Notes: generated from the sequence alone by a model not told the origin. A stretch of DNA of 64,000 nucleotides from Chlorokybus atmophyticus (GCA_009103225.1 RHPI01002656.1:1-64000); one strand, 5' to 3'. Shown: positions 26,501 through 39,600, counted from the stretch's first letter. Translations and numbers: made by a program.

Positions 26501-26817
26501 TATATGTGCACTCGCCTGCTCAACCTTGGCAAGTGTGTCGGTGAAAAACTTCTGTATGGCATCATGCTTCTCCTTTGACAGGTCCCCAAGGGAGTCGTTG
26601 AAGCTGTTGGCGGCAAGGACGAGCGGTTAGGAGCTGCCACACATGCATTGCCATGATGGCGTACATTGCAGCAAGCTTACCGGTAGTCACCAATGATGGT
26701 GGCGCTGAATGGGTCAGCCTCCATGCTGTAGTCCCAAACATGGGCATATGTCTCCCATATTTGCTTCACCAAGCCTTCGGCATTAGCTGGCATATCGGGC
26801 TCCACACTTGGCTCCAT
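23523..26817 (-). CDS. DUF885 family protein (bacterial-type gluzincin-like metallopeptidase fold), about 10 exons
   Basis: Motifs DPFSATIIGDYR, VKPAYEKLANFLETEY, SIALHEAVPGHHLQIAVAQEL, GYVEGWGLYTE, DFGRLVTEMMRAVRLVVDTGLH..GWTRDEALEY, EIDRYMVLPGQALSYKIGELKL and FDIKAFHDLILGSGALPL. The start could lie slightly upstream of 26817. Confidence 0.9.
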
Positions 26818-27172
26818 CTTGCGCTCCTTTTCCTCTACCTTCTTGACGTCCGCCTCGTCCGCCTCGTCCGCCTCCACCGTCTCTCCACCGCCTCAACCAC
26901 CTTGCCAAGCAGAAGCTGCATGCACAGTGCAGTGCACCCAGTAGAAGCGGAAACAGCAGAAGCGAAAGATTTTATAAAGCAATCTCGAAGCCGGTCCTTA
27001 CTCGCTGTGTCCTGCAACCAGTCTACCACGATAGCACGTACAGCCAAATGTGTGACGCTTCCAGAACGCTTTCAGTGGCTTTTCCCGCGCAGCAGAAGCC
27101 AGATTGTAAAGTGGCTAGGTAGCAGTGTGCGGCGGTAACGCTGGTGGTGGTGTGTCCGGGGTGAGGGTGACC

Positions 27173-29258
27173 ATGGCGGCGGCGGCGGCGACGACGGTGT
27201 TGTCGAGGTCGGCTTCGGCCAGTACGACGCAGGTGGTTGTGAACAGGCAGACCGCGCCTGTTGCAGCTGGCCGTGCTGTTGTGCGTGTTGCTCCCTCCGC
27301 CCGTGCTGTGCTGCGCACTGCTGGCGCCGCCCAGCCTCTGCATGCTAGGCACTCAGGTTCTGCTTCAAGGCGTCCCAGGCGTGTACGTGCTTCCGCTTCC
27401 GTGTCTGAAGAGACAGAGAAGGTGAGGCAGCTTCTCGTGTCTTCCACCAACTTTTCTTGTGTCGTGACCTTCAGCTTATAACCTCAGCAAGCAAGTTCTT
27501 GAGCTGATTGCGAGGGTTTGACCGGTCTGTGGGTTCTGTTTAAGCGCTTTGCTTCAAGTTGTTGCAGCGTCTTGCCGAGCAAGTCCTTACTGTGCATGCA
27601 TGCAAGTTTGCACGTCAGACTGCTTGACTTTGCATGAGAATTGGTCATGACCTGGACCTGAGGTGCACTGCGTTCATTCTAGTCGAGGCATGAACTCGTG
27701 ATGTAACAGAAGGAGAACGATGACGTTTCTGGAGTTGAAACACAGGAGCCCGTTGCACCAGGCGCATCCAAGGTTTGTTCTAGGGGGATCATCGTGATTG
27801 GCACGTGTGCTGGTGCAAAACGGGCATGCTTGTTGTTTGTCAGCTGTTGTTGCTATATCAATATTACTACTGCAGTTGCTGAGTTGTCTGATGAGCAGGG
27901 TGGTGACCTCTTGCAAAGGGTTAGCCAAGCCGTGCAAGAGGGTAATGTAGACGATGCTGTCGTGCAAGAAACAACTGCTCTTGTGGATGCGGAGCTTGCT
28001 GCTTTGGAGAACACTGCAGCAAACGCGACTGCTAAGGTGCATGGCCGAGTTGGGTTTGAGTGTGCTGCGGGGTCGTGTTCCTGCGTGCAAGTCGCATGTG
28101 GCGTCGCTTGCTGTCTCTCAACCTTCCAAGACTCAGAGGATATTTGCTTATGCTCGGCATATCAATCCAAGCACGTGCATGCACGGCATGAAAACAGCTA
28201 AGCCTTATGTCTGTGCCCTGTCCACATGGCGTACAGCCGTTAGCTCTCTTTAAGCGAGTAGTCTTGGAGTCGTGGTGGCCACGCAAGAGGCAGCTGGTGT
28301 GCTGTGCCTTGAGTTGCAATGACATGATTCAGTATGCGCTCAGTGCAATTGCCACAGAAGTTGGTGGCTTGCTACCGTGGTTCAGTGGGGTGTACTGCAC
28401 TTGGCGCACGTGCTTTGTTTGTGTTGCCGCAGCTATGCATGCGGTCCTTGATTGCAAGTTTTTATTGCATTATGGCATGGTCAGTGGCACTACTTTGTGC
28501 ATAGTGTAGTACGTTCAATGCACGTTGCCAGTGGTGGGATTACATGCAGTACACATTTTCAAGCAGTTCATTGTACTGGTTGAATGGTTTTGAATTCATC
28601 ATTGGTAACCAGGCGACCAATCTTGAGGCCGAGCTGAGCAAGACCAAAGACGCCTTGGTCAGGCTGACAGCAGATTTTGACAACTTCAGGAAAAGGTCTG
28701 CAAGGGAGAAAGATGACATGCGCGTCACTGTGAAAGGTACGCTTATCAACTCAAAGCCTGCGCAGCATGTGTTTGCTGCGTGCTGCTCGCCTCATGGACA
28801 TGTACTCTCTGTATTGCTGTTTGGCAGCTAGTTTGTCGGTTATGCTATGCATGTAGCAACAAAAGCATCTCCCTTGTTACATGACAGGTGATGTCATCGA
28901 GTCGCTGCTGCCCATGATGGACCTGTTTCAGCTGGCAAAGAATAGCGTGAAGGTGGAGAACGAGCGCGAGGAGAAGATTGCAAACAGCTACCAGAGCATC
29001 TACACACAAGTGCTCGACATCATGAAGAAGCTTGGCCTAGAGCAGGTGCCCACCGCTGGCCAGCCCTTCAACCCTGAAGTGCACGACGCGATTATGCGCG
29101 AGCCCTCAGATCAGTACCCCGAAGACACTGTCATTGAGGAGTTCCGCGCGGGTTACACTAATAATGGCAGGCTCCTGCGTCCCGCCATGGTGAAGGTCTC
29201 CATGGGCCCTGCTGAGCCTGCAGCTGAAGAGGCTGCTCAGGAAGAGGCCAGTGCTTAG
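27173..29258 (+). CDS. CGE1: Chloroplast GrpE nucleotide exchange factor with transit peptide
   Basis: Ala/Ser/Arg-rich transit peptide (MAAAAATTVLSRSASAST...RRPRRVRASAS), followed by LVRLTADFDNFRKRSAREK, DVIESLLPMMDLF and FNPEVHDAIMREPS...IEEFRAGY..NGRLLRPAMVKVS. Confidence 0.95.
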
Positions 29259-29805
29259 ACCTGTCTACTGAGCAAGTGAGCTTTGGGCGTGTTGTGCACA
29301 GGCGTTTGCCTAGTTGGAAGGGTGCTTTGGGGGGGTTGCTTGAAGATGTGCGTTGTTTAGAACAGGTGTTCTGCTATGTTATTGTGCAGGAGAGTTGTTG
29401 CAGTCGCAGGGGCTGTTAGTAACAGTTAGCTACTGCACCAGTTTTTGGCGATTTCGAGATGTGGTGTATCTATCAATATTCCAGGCTTGCATGCATGTTG
29501 CAACCTGGAGACTGCATGCATGCGCAGGCTTGTCGTTATGGTCACAAATGAATGGTTGCTGCAACAAGCATGTTGCATCATATATGCGGAGTGCATGTGT
29601 CGCAAACGATATACCACATGGAGGTAGCAAATCGCGCCTGGCGTAACTAGTAGTGCCATGAAGGTTCAAGTCCTACATGAAACACCTCACAAGTAGATAG
29701 ATGCATCTCTTCGCTTGCCCTTTGCATTGGCTGTATGATGTAAGTACAGCTTTCCTGTTGTGGCCTGCGCATGTATGTTTATTGTATGCACACGCATTCA
29801 GCAAG

Positions 29806-29986
29806 TTGTGTACTCTTGTTTTGGGGGCTAGGGGTAGTGGAGTTAGCGTAGGCATATAGCCTGGCGGTTGTAATAGAATGTTGGGTATGTGTTGATTGTG
29901 TACTCTTGTTTTGGGGGCTAGGGGTAGTGGAGTTAGCGTAGGCATATAGCCTGGCGGTTGTAATAGAATGTTGGGTATGTGTTGAT
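29806..29986. repeat. Perfect 90-bp tandem duplication (2 copies)
   Basis: 29806-29895 is repeated identically at 29896-29985. Confidence 0.95.
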
Positions 29987-30463
29987 GACTGCGTGCATGC
30001 ATACTGATCATGTAGCAACAGCGTGCGTATCCCCATTCTGCGCATGTCCTATGTCCTAGCACCGCGTACTCACCAAAGCTGAAGCATACCATACGCTTCA
30101 AAGTGATTGTTCACGAGGTAACTGTGCCTGCTTTGACCTTGTGTGTGTTGTTGCTGTGCCGCCAAGTTGTATCCTCCTCACTAAGGTAGTAGTACCAAGT
30201 TATAAGGGAGACCATAGCGAGCTTTGTGTGCTGCGCCGACGCATATCCCACGCGGCGGTCACATGCATATGGCGCTTCAGCACGGCGGTGGCGGCGGCGG
30301 CATGTCTAGCTGGGTGATCTCCCACGCGTCATTACCCTTGGTTGACTTTGGCGTCAGTCGCTTGCATACAGCATGCAGAGATAGGCAGAGGCGGCACTCG
30401 CCCACGACGCTCGCACCTGCACCTACGTCGCCGCCGCCCCAGCCGCTTGAATGCTTCGCCGGT

Positions 30464-31950
30464 ATGGGCAAAGCCGGCAACAAGAAGGCGGCCGCCAGGA
30501 AGAAGCAGCCCGCCTCTGCCAGTAGCAATGGCTACGCCAGCAAGAAGGCGGAGGAGATCAAAGCACAGGTGTTCCAGTACCAGATGCTCGTGTGGGACTC
30601 TGTCTTTGACCGCTGCTGCACGTAAGCTTTTAAGTGAAGCGATCATGCTGTCACATTCGTTGATACATTATTGTTCCAATCACCATCACAAGTTTGGTAA
30701 GTTGAAACTAGGATTATGTGTGGGTCTTGTGTCTAGCAACAAAGTGATTGCATTGTGCAGGGAACCAGAGCGAGCGCGGCAGATTGCTGCATGTGCCAAG
30801 AGTGGACAGGAGAGGCATGGTCGCGGTTGTGTGCTGTGGTCGGAAAAGGTGAGAGTCTCTCTCATCATTTACACGGTCATGCGCTTGTGACAGTACTCTC
30901 TGCGGGTGCGCATGCATGAGTGCGTGTTTGCTTGTGCGTAAATACTGCGCGCATGCATGGAGCCTGTGCCTGCGCTTGTGTTTGGTGGTCATGGCAATCT
31001 GCAAGCAACGAACGTGACCGTTTACCAACACCATGTTGCTTTGTCACTTACTGGCACAACTTGATTGCACCATCACAAATTCTGCATGTATACACACTAC
31101 TCGCATCATCAGCAAGATGTCCACCAGGTGGTCCAATGTCCATCCTAGGTGGTGAGCGCGGTGCGAGGGGGTTCCGGCGCAGGCTTCGGGTCATCGGCAA
31201 AGCAAACACGGATCACAGATGCAGACGACGTGAAGGTCGAGTCCACAAGCACCTCAGTCTCATACCTTCCCCGTGCCTGCTTCGCTCCTAACAGTCAAGA
31301 CTCGGTACGGGTTCATCAGCCACTAAAATACTGTTATTCGCAACAACAAAGCCACATGTACTCATGTGTTTGTTGTGAACTAGGAGTTAGCTTTGCCTCC
31401 TGAGCTGCGAGCTGCGGCCGGGCTCGATGCATGGCGCATGAACGCATTGATGGCGGACAAGCCAATAGAGGAGGTTGCGGAGGACGCCTATGGGGAGGCG
31501 CCGTATGATGAGGAAGTGGGGGAGTTTGTACTTCTCGTCGCCATTGAGGCAAGTGTTGTCATTGTCGTTGTCGTCATTGTCGTTGCTTATGTTGTTGTTG
31601 TTTTGTTGTCTGGCAGTGTTGTTGGTGTTGTGACGAAACAACAGTAACATGTACTTGTTGGGACTTCCATCACAATGATGAACAGTTGGTGCTGTTGTGA
31701 CACAACACGTTGTTGGCGGCACTTGGCGCCACAACAACAACATCATCAAGCGTCAATGACAATCCCTACTCTCACTGTGCGCGTCTCTCTGACATACCCC
31801 ATGCTCCTCTCACAGGTGAATGGGGAGAAGGATGCAACCGTGCTTGGAGCGGATGTAGTCTGGGGCACCACTGATGCCGACGGCAGCGTGTCAGCACTGA
31901 AAGTGCGGGGCCTAGACGAACTGTTAGCGCAGAGCCCAGAGGAAGAATGA
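30464..31950 (+). CDS. Hypothetical protein, 5 exons, one predicted GC-AG intron
   Basis: In-frame spliced translation MGKAGNKKAAARKKQ...VWDSVFDRCC|T/EPERARQIAACAKSGQERHGRGCVLWSEK|VVSAVRGG...DDVK|ELALPPELRAAAGLDAWRMN...FVLLVAIE|VNGEKDATVLGADVVWG...EEE*. No family recognised. Confidence 0.65.
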
Positions 31951-32144
31951 GCACGCATAGCACATGGCAATCACCAACAACAACTTTGCACATTTTGTGA
32001 TAACTGTCATGAGTATGAACAGTATCATCGGTATCTCTGTTGCTGCCACAACGCCGACTTGCACGGTTGAATATTCTGTGCAATAAGTATCACTTTCGTA
32101 CTGATTCAACATGCGTGTACAACAATCTGTGTATAACACTGAAG

Positions 32145-35100
32145 TTAATCATCCTCTGGTGGGGCCACAGGCCACTCCCGTATGTTGTGCTTCTTGATGT
32201 ACTCGTCGGTCTCGTCAAGGTCAGAGTCCCAGCCGCTATCACCGCCCCACGCGTCCTTTGCAATGAGCTCCCATTGCTTGATTTTGTCCACAAGAGGGAC
32301 ATCCTTGCTTGCAGCATCACCAACGCCACTTGTCTTGGTACCATTTACTGTAACACTGAAGGGGCTGCCTGATATGGGCTTGCTGGACACTTCAACCTCT
32401 AGCTTGTACGGCCCCGGCTCTGTCGCAATGTACGAGCATAATATTGGTCCTCCTTCATCAAGGGTTGTTGTTACGGGGACGTCGTGCCCGTTGGCGGAGG
32501 TGAGCTGCACGCTTAGCAAGACATCTTTGTTGGGAACCACGTTGCCGAAGCGGTCCCTCCCCTGACAGAGCAGCCGCAACAAAGTGACGTCTTGAGCATG
32601 TGCGCATGCACTTGTGGTTACAAAACAAAGCACATGAACGCGCATGTGCACAATGAAAGAGTGCCTCCGGAGTTAATGGTTGCATGTGTTTGCGTCACAT
32701 TGCGTATCCCCGCACCATTACATAGCGTGTACATGCGTATGGACTCGTTGAACATGGAACGAGGTGCACCTTCCATGTGCATGTTCATGCTTGAAATATG
32801 GAATCACTTGTTTAACACGACCGGTGATATTTGCAGTGTATGGACATGTGAGGCACACAGTCAAGCTCATGCACACGAGTGCTGCTTACCACAACATCAA
32901 ACTGGCCCTCTTCATCAGCCTCCACCTTCTTTCGTCCCTTCCCCGCAGTCTCACTCTTCTTCCCGTCGGCCTCCGCACACGCGACCTCCACCGCAAACGG
33001 GCTCCCCACCACGTGCTGGTCCACGACAAGCACCTCCAGAGAGTAGCGCCCCGCCACGGTCGCGACGTAGGCCAGGCCGTACGTGCCGTCGTTGTTGTCG
33101 GTGATGGAGACGGGGATGTGGATGATGTCGTCGCTGTTGGATGAGGTTAGCTGGGAAGTCAAAGGCTCACCTGTGGGAAAGCCTATTGAGCTTGTCATAC
33201 AGGCACAAGCAAGCGCATACCCACATGCACACATGCACGCGCGAACGCGCGTGCACATACACACACAGTAGTAGGTCTACGGCACATTGCGGTGTTGTAA
33301 CACATCTTTACTCTGGACTTGCCATACATCAACTGTGCTACTTAACAAATTGAACAAGATTGAAACATTATTTGAGCGTCAACCTTACCTCCCCGTCGCA
33401 TGCGATTGCGCCGTTCATCCCTCGTCTCCAGCGCGGCCTGGGCCTGCTTCCCGGCCACCGCGCGCACGAGCCCCGCGCCGGAAGCCCGGCTGAGCGCCGG
33501 GGTGCACGCGGGCTGGTGCGGGCCGTTGGAACGCCAGGGACCAACATACCTGAGAGCAAAGTGCAGAGCAGAAGTAGCAGTGAGCCAAGGAAAACTTGCT
33601 ATTCTTACAAAGGTTTTCGAGAACGATGGTGATGGTAAAGGTGATGATGACGATGTTGATGATAACTACGCCTTGTTGAGGCAGAGGAGAGTTTTATGCC
33701 ATGTGCACCGAGGTAGTGTACACGGTATGCATGAAGTTGTCCAAAAGCGCACAAACGTACTATAAGTGCACACACACAGAGACATACTTCCACACTCATT
33801 GTCAGAGCCATGGTATGACCAACAAACAATATGCACACCACCAAATGAGCAAGAGACACGGCTACTGCGTACTTGATGCCGTCCGCAAAGGTGCAGGTGC
33901 CCCAGCCTTCTCTGCTGTCATCCACCCACTCGCCCTGTTGGGGTGAGCACATAAGCAACATACTCTTCGCTGATTGGTTTACATAGATGTTGGTTGACTC
34001 ATCTTGCCTGGTACTTGTCGCCGTTGGCATAAGAGCACACGCCTTTGCCACAACGCCGGCCCTCGCGCCACTCGCCCTCGTAGCGGTCACGTCGGGCGTA
34101 TACCATTGCACCCGTGCCATTTCTTTCATCCCTACATTGGCAATATCTCAGTCAACAGTTGTTGAGCGAGTCAGTTATAAGGCACAGGATAGAGAGTTAC
34201 CTTGACCAGTTGCCGAGGTACTTGTCCCCCGTGGCGTACGCGCAGCTTCCGTGACCTTCTCGCCGGTTGTTCTGATAACAAGTAGCGTGTGCACATGCGC
34301 GTGTGTTCGGGTAAATGTGCGCACGTGCATACAATTACTCGCGCACATGCGCACGCACACTGACATGCAGCTGTGCATGTATGTTCTTTGGCACACACTT
34401 GAAGTTGTCAATGCTGCTCTTACCGCCCATTCGCCGTCGTACCGCTCCTCGCTATCAACGTACACGCCTTTGCCGTGCCTCGCGCCCGCTTGCCAGGCGC
34501 CTTCATACACGCTGCCCCCTTGGTACATGCACGACCCCTACAAAGTCTGTGTGTTTCTTTTACGCGCATCTCACGCTTACGTACCATTGCACAAAACCAA
34601 CACACAAACAATGGAAACCTGTCCATGGCGCAACCCATCCCGCCAGTCTCCCTGGTACTTCCACTGGCCGTCAACATGACAAGTGCCTTTGCCGTGCCAC
34701 TTGTCCCCGTGAAACTCCCCCTCATACTCCATCGTCTTATCACCCGAAATCGCCATGCCGCGCACCTATGAAGGCAACATACTGTCGGCACCAGCGCGCG
34801 CGAGCGCACACACACAAGCATGTGCCTCGCGCGCACATGCATGCACACGCACGCACACACACATGTGCCCATGCGCACGCAAGACACACACAGACGCGCA
34901 CACACGCACATGCAGGCAGGCAGGCATACGCACGCGCACGAGCACACACATGTGCGCACACAACCACAGCACTTCTCACCTTCTCGCCGTTTGCGCTGTC
35001 ACCCTGCCACGTGCTCTTGTCGCCGTATATCCACTTGCCTTTGCCGTGGGGCCAGTTGCGTGCCCACGCCCCCTCGTAGCAAGCGTTCGACGGAGACATG

Positions 35101-36003
35101 ACGAGCGCGCCGATGCCCTCGCGCTGGTCCCCGACAAACATACCCGTGTACACGCTGCCGTCACAGTACACGCACACGCCCTTGCCGTTGGCTTTATCAT
35201 CTCTCCATCTACCCTCATACTGAACCACAATTGAAGCCAAGCCTATCAGTTAACACTGACTTGTTGCCATCAGTTGGCTTCACATTAAGAGCTGTTTGTG
35301 TACTCACTGAGATGTGCGGTCCGGTAGCAAATGTCATCTTGCCGTGGCCGTGGCGCACACCGTGTCTCCACCCGCCCTCGTAGATGTCTCCACTCGCGCA
35401 CGCCAGCCGCCCGTTCGGCCCGTGCCGCACCCATGTAGCATCCTCATATCTGGGATTATTGTGGTTGTTGTTCAACAACACCAACCGTTGGTGGTGGTGG
35501 TAGTGGTGCTACTGCTGCTGCTGCTGGGAGCTAGTGGACTTACTTGCAAGGGCCGGTGTAGACGTCTCCATTGGAGTACTTCAGCTCCTTGACTGGACGA
35601 GCAGTCCACTGCTCAGTTGAGCAGACCCAACAACAGCAACAGCAGAGGCAGCAGCAGCAACAGCAACAGCAACAACCATCACAACAACAGTTACAGCCAC
35701 CGCTAGCCACTGCGTAAACAATACACTGACACACTTACATGCAAGCTCGCAGAGCTCCTCCTCCTCATCTTCTTCCTCACCGTCAGCATCGCCGGCATCC
35801 ACCGTGACTGCGACCTTTTGGGCAGCAGCCTGCTTGCTCGGCAGCGCATCAGACGCATCAATGTCGTCCAAGCCATCAATGTCATCGTCGTCGGCGACCT
35901 CCGCCCTGACCTTCTCCACCTCCTTGGCAGGGACCTTCGCCTTGGCTTTGGCAGAAGGAATGCTGCTCGTCTCTCCTTCAGGCAGCTCCGTCAACGCCAC
36001 CAT
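32145..36003 (-). CDS. MORN-repeat protein with two C-terminal filamin/Ig-like repeats
   Basis: An acidic N-terminus, then more than 10 MORN units (e.g. YEGGWRHGVRHGHG, YEGRWRDDKANGKG, YQGDWRDGLRHGQ). Filamin repeats: ITDNNDGTYGLAYVATVAGRYSLEVLVVDQHVVGSPFAV and GRDRFGN...CSYIATEPGPYKLEVEVSSKPISGSPFSV. Confidence 0.85.
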
Positions 36004-36652
36004 CCTGTTTGCAAGTTCGGGTTGAATGGCACGTAGTCAGGCCTGGCCTGACTTGGCATAGCGTAGCCTGGCCTGGTCCAAGCATGCACAACTGAGCATG
36101 TAGCTGCAGTAACAGGCAAGCAAGGCATGCAGCAGTGCAGCTCACCTTGCTGTGTTCCAGTACGTTACAATGAGGAAAGATTCTCAGCTACGACTAACAA
36201 ATACAATCACAGCTACCAGAAGGCTCCAGTCCTCAGCCCGCCGCCGCCGCCGCCGGCCTGGTTGTTGGGCTCTCAGTTGAGCAGAGACAGGCGCTCAGCT
36301 GCTGCTTACGTAACGCACGCCTCCGCTCGGTCGCACTATAAGCATATCACCGACAGGTCCCGACTGGTTAAAAGCATCATTAAAATCGATTTGTATGTAA
36401 GCATACAAGACTCGTATAGGCCTACTGCAATGTGTCGCTGGAATGCAGTGCATTGAACCTCAACTTCAGCTTGCATGCCCATGCGGCGGCGATGACGCTG
36501 ACGGGGCGTATAACTTGGTGGATGGGCGCAGAGCGTTTATAAGATTTGATTTTTCTGTCTCCTCTCTGACACTGCCCTTCTTCCTGCATGTGGTGCAGCT
36601 TGAAAGGCTGAGGACATGAGAGCGCAGTGGTGATCTCGACACCATCGACGAC

Positions 36653-39600
36653 ATGGACGACCACATGGGTGACCAGCACGACCAGCAGCACCAGAAACAC
36701 CAGCACCAGCACCAGCACCAGCACCAGATGTTTAGCGTTCGGATAGTCGGCATTGACCACTACATGGCTAGGCCAGTGGACGGTCTCGACGCCCTGCAGT
36801 CGCCGCTCACAGGTCACATGCTACTGCTGTTTCTGCTTGAACTGGTGTTTCTAGTTGATAAAATCACCAAATACGTATGCAAAACTATGCGTGCAAACAT
36901 GATCAACTCCGCGTAGCAAGTGCTTACAGTTTGACTGCTTTCCGATTCTCAAACAAGCGTGGACCGACGTGCTGAAAGCGGCTTACATGCAGTATGCCTC
37001 ATACATACATGCAATAGTCGTTTGAATTGCGTTTGGCAGGTGGGCATGCTGGCCTCGTGCCCATCATCCGCATATTTGGTGCGACCCCAGCGGGACAGAA
37101 AACGTGCCTGCATGTGCACAAGGCAAGCCACAGATGTTTGTTAGCACCTGGTTTCCAGTTTATAGAGTCTGTTCACACGATGCTGTCTGGTTGTAACGCA
37201 ACTCAAAGTTGCACACTCACATTGCAGGTCCTACCCTACTTCTATATCCCATATGATGACGACTTGCCACAGCAGCCAACCGAAGGTTGCTGTTGTTGTG
37301 CGTGTGTTTGTGCCAAGGATTGGTTGCTGTTGCCGGTTGCGTGTCATGTCCAATGTTGTGCAGCATGACCAGGCTGTCGTGTGTGAAACTCACCAGTTGT
37401 TTCGCACCAAGCAACATGCACAATGCACTGTGAAATCAACCATATATGCCAATGTGCAGCGCTGGCATACGTGAAAAAGCTTGCTGCGGCTGTAGAGAAG
37501 TCCACAGAGGTGAGTGCTGGTCACTTTTGGTTATTGTGTGTGTTTTGGTGAATGTGTTGTCTCCACTGACATGTGAAGCACGGCAGTATTCGGGTCCGGT
37601 CACAGGCGCGGAAGGAGGCGTGCCTACAGTGAGAAGGCGAGCGCGCTGCCTGCACTCTGTCACACTCGTGCGAGCACGACCCTTCTATGGCTACAATGTC
37701 GAGGAGAAACTTTTTGTTAAGATCATCCTGTACGCGCTTCGCCTATTTTTGCGTGTGCGCACTAGGCATACTTGGCAAGTATCTGTGTCAACTGTGCTGC
37801 TGGCAGGTATAAGCCGCATGATGTGGGACGTATAGCCAGTGTCTTGCAGGTGTGTTATGCTTCTGCCTTACGTACCATTGCACCATACTCTTGTCTGCAA
37901 TTGTGAAATGGATTGGTTTCAACTGCGTGCCCTTGCTGAAGAGTGGTGCAGTTTTGAACCGCAAGTTCCAGCCGCATGAAGCGCATATCCCTTACCTGCT
38001 GCAGTTCAAGGCAAGTGTTTCAACACGCTTCATGTCACACAGTGGAACTACTGGGCTGTTTGATCAACAAGCTGAAGGACATGTCATGTTTGCGCAGATA
38101 GACTTCAACCTCCAGGGCATGGGTCACATCCACCTCTCCAAAGTGAAGTTCCGCAACCCTCTGCCTATCCGTGCCGGCGTCCGCAACAGCCAGGAGTCAT
38201 CGTCACAACACAGCGACGGCATCAGTCCCGCCTCGGACACAGGTGCAGTTTGCAACCGTGCCAGCAAACAGACCAGTTGCCAAGTGCAGTATGCTGCATG
38301 CACCACGTTGTGGTCATCGAGGAAGCGTCTTTTGTATTGAAGCATCGTGCACACACAGAAATGCTGCTGACTGTAACTGTTGGAGACCCACTTCTATCCT
38401 ATTGTGTAGTGCAGGGCGCTCAGGCGTCTCTTCATTCTGTCCGGGGTGGCTTGACCTCAGTCGCACGCTCGTCTTTGTGGACGCAACGCACGGCGCCCGC
38501 TGATTGGCAATGGGGTGGTGGCAATGGTCAGCGCCCGCCTGAGCGCCAAACTTACTGCGAGCTTGAAGCAGATGGCTGCGCTGAAGGTGAGAAATTGGAT
38601 GTGCGCATACGAGTAGCAATGAGTATCTCGTCAAGAGGTCCTCTTAGTTGTTGTGTTCTATGGTGAACAGACATTCTCAACGGACAAGACTCGCATCATG
38701 TGGACCTCAATGTTGCACCAGATGATCTTAAGATGGTGCAATCCTTGGCACCAATTTGGGAGGTGCGGTCTGACTAACAACTGCTAGCATAATGTGATGT
38801 TGGTGTGTCCTCAATTGTTGAAGCTGATCATGTGGTCATTCCAATATAGGAGGAGCGGTTGCGAGGCCATAGCATGCCAGACGCAGTCTCGTCACTGCCA
38901 CCGCGGCCAAAGTCTCCCGTACGCACGCCTCACCCGTTTAAGGAAGACGCGGGCGTGCGCGCGACAATCCGAAGGCTTGCAAAGCTCCCGCAGTTCGCAT
39001 CGTTGTTGCCATCTCCTTCACCGCCGCAACCATCTCCTCCTTCACAGCCAACACTCCCGGAGCTTGTGACACCGCTGAACCTCACGCAAATCGCGTGCCC
39101 AACACCTGATGCCGCAGCCGCCTTCAATTTGCAGCTGTTTCCGGCTTTGACACAACGTATAAACACTGATGCACGCCATGTTGAGGAGGAAGAGGAGGAG
39201 CACATGGAAGAGGATGACAAGCAGGATAAAGAGGAGAAGGAGCATGAGCAACTTGTGCAGCTGTCTCTTGCCATTCCAGAGGTAATGTGGGCAACGGTTT
39301 GCAGATTTCAGTGCTCATTACGTTGTTGGGGTGGTACATGTGACATCATCTTTGCAGATACTTGGAGGCGAGCATCATCATCACTTCAGCGATGCAGAGA
39401 GCGACATCTCCGTTGATGACAAGCGCCTGCATCGCTTGGTTAAGGACGCCCGTGAAGCTGGCAATGAAGACGTTGATCACGAGTCGCAAGAGTGCCAGGA
39501 CATCCTTGACTCGCTAACTCACGAGGATGACAATGACAATGCTAACGACAAGGACAAGCGCAAAGACCAGGACGATGAAGACAAGACACACAATAATGGT

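Noticed and set aside
33234-33255. 10-bp-arm palindrome TGCACGCGCG-AA-CGCGCGTGCA and similar intronic ones
   Set aside because: Expected in the self-complementary (GC/CA/GCAT) low-complexity intron tracts.
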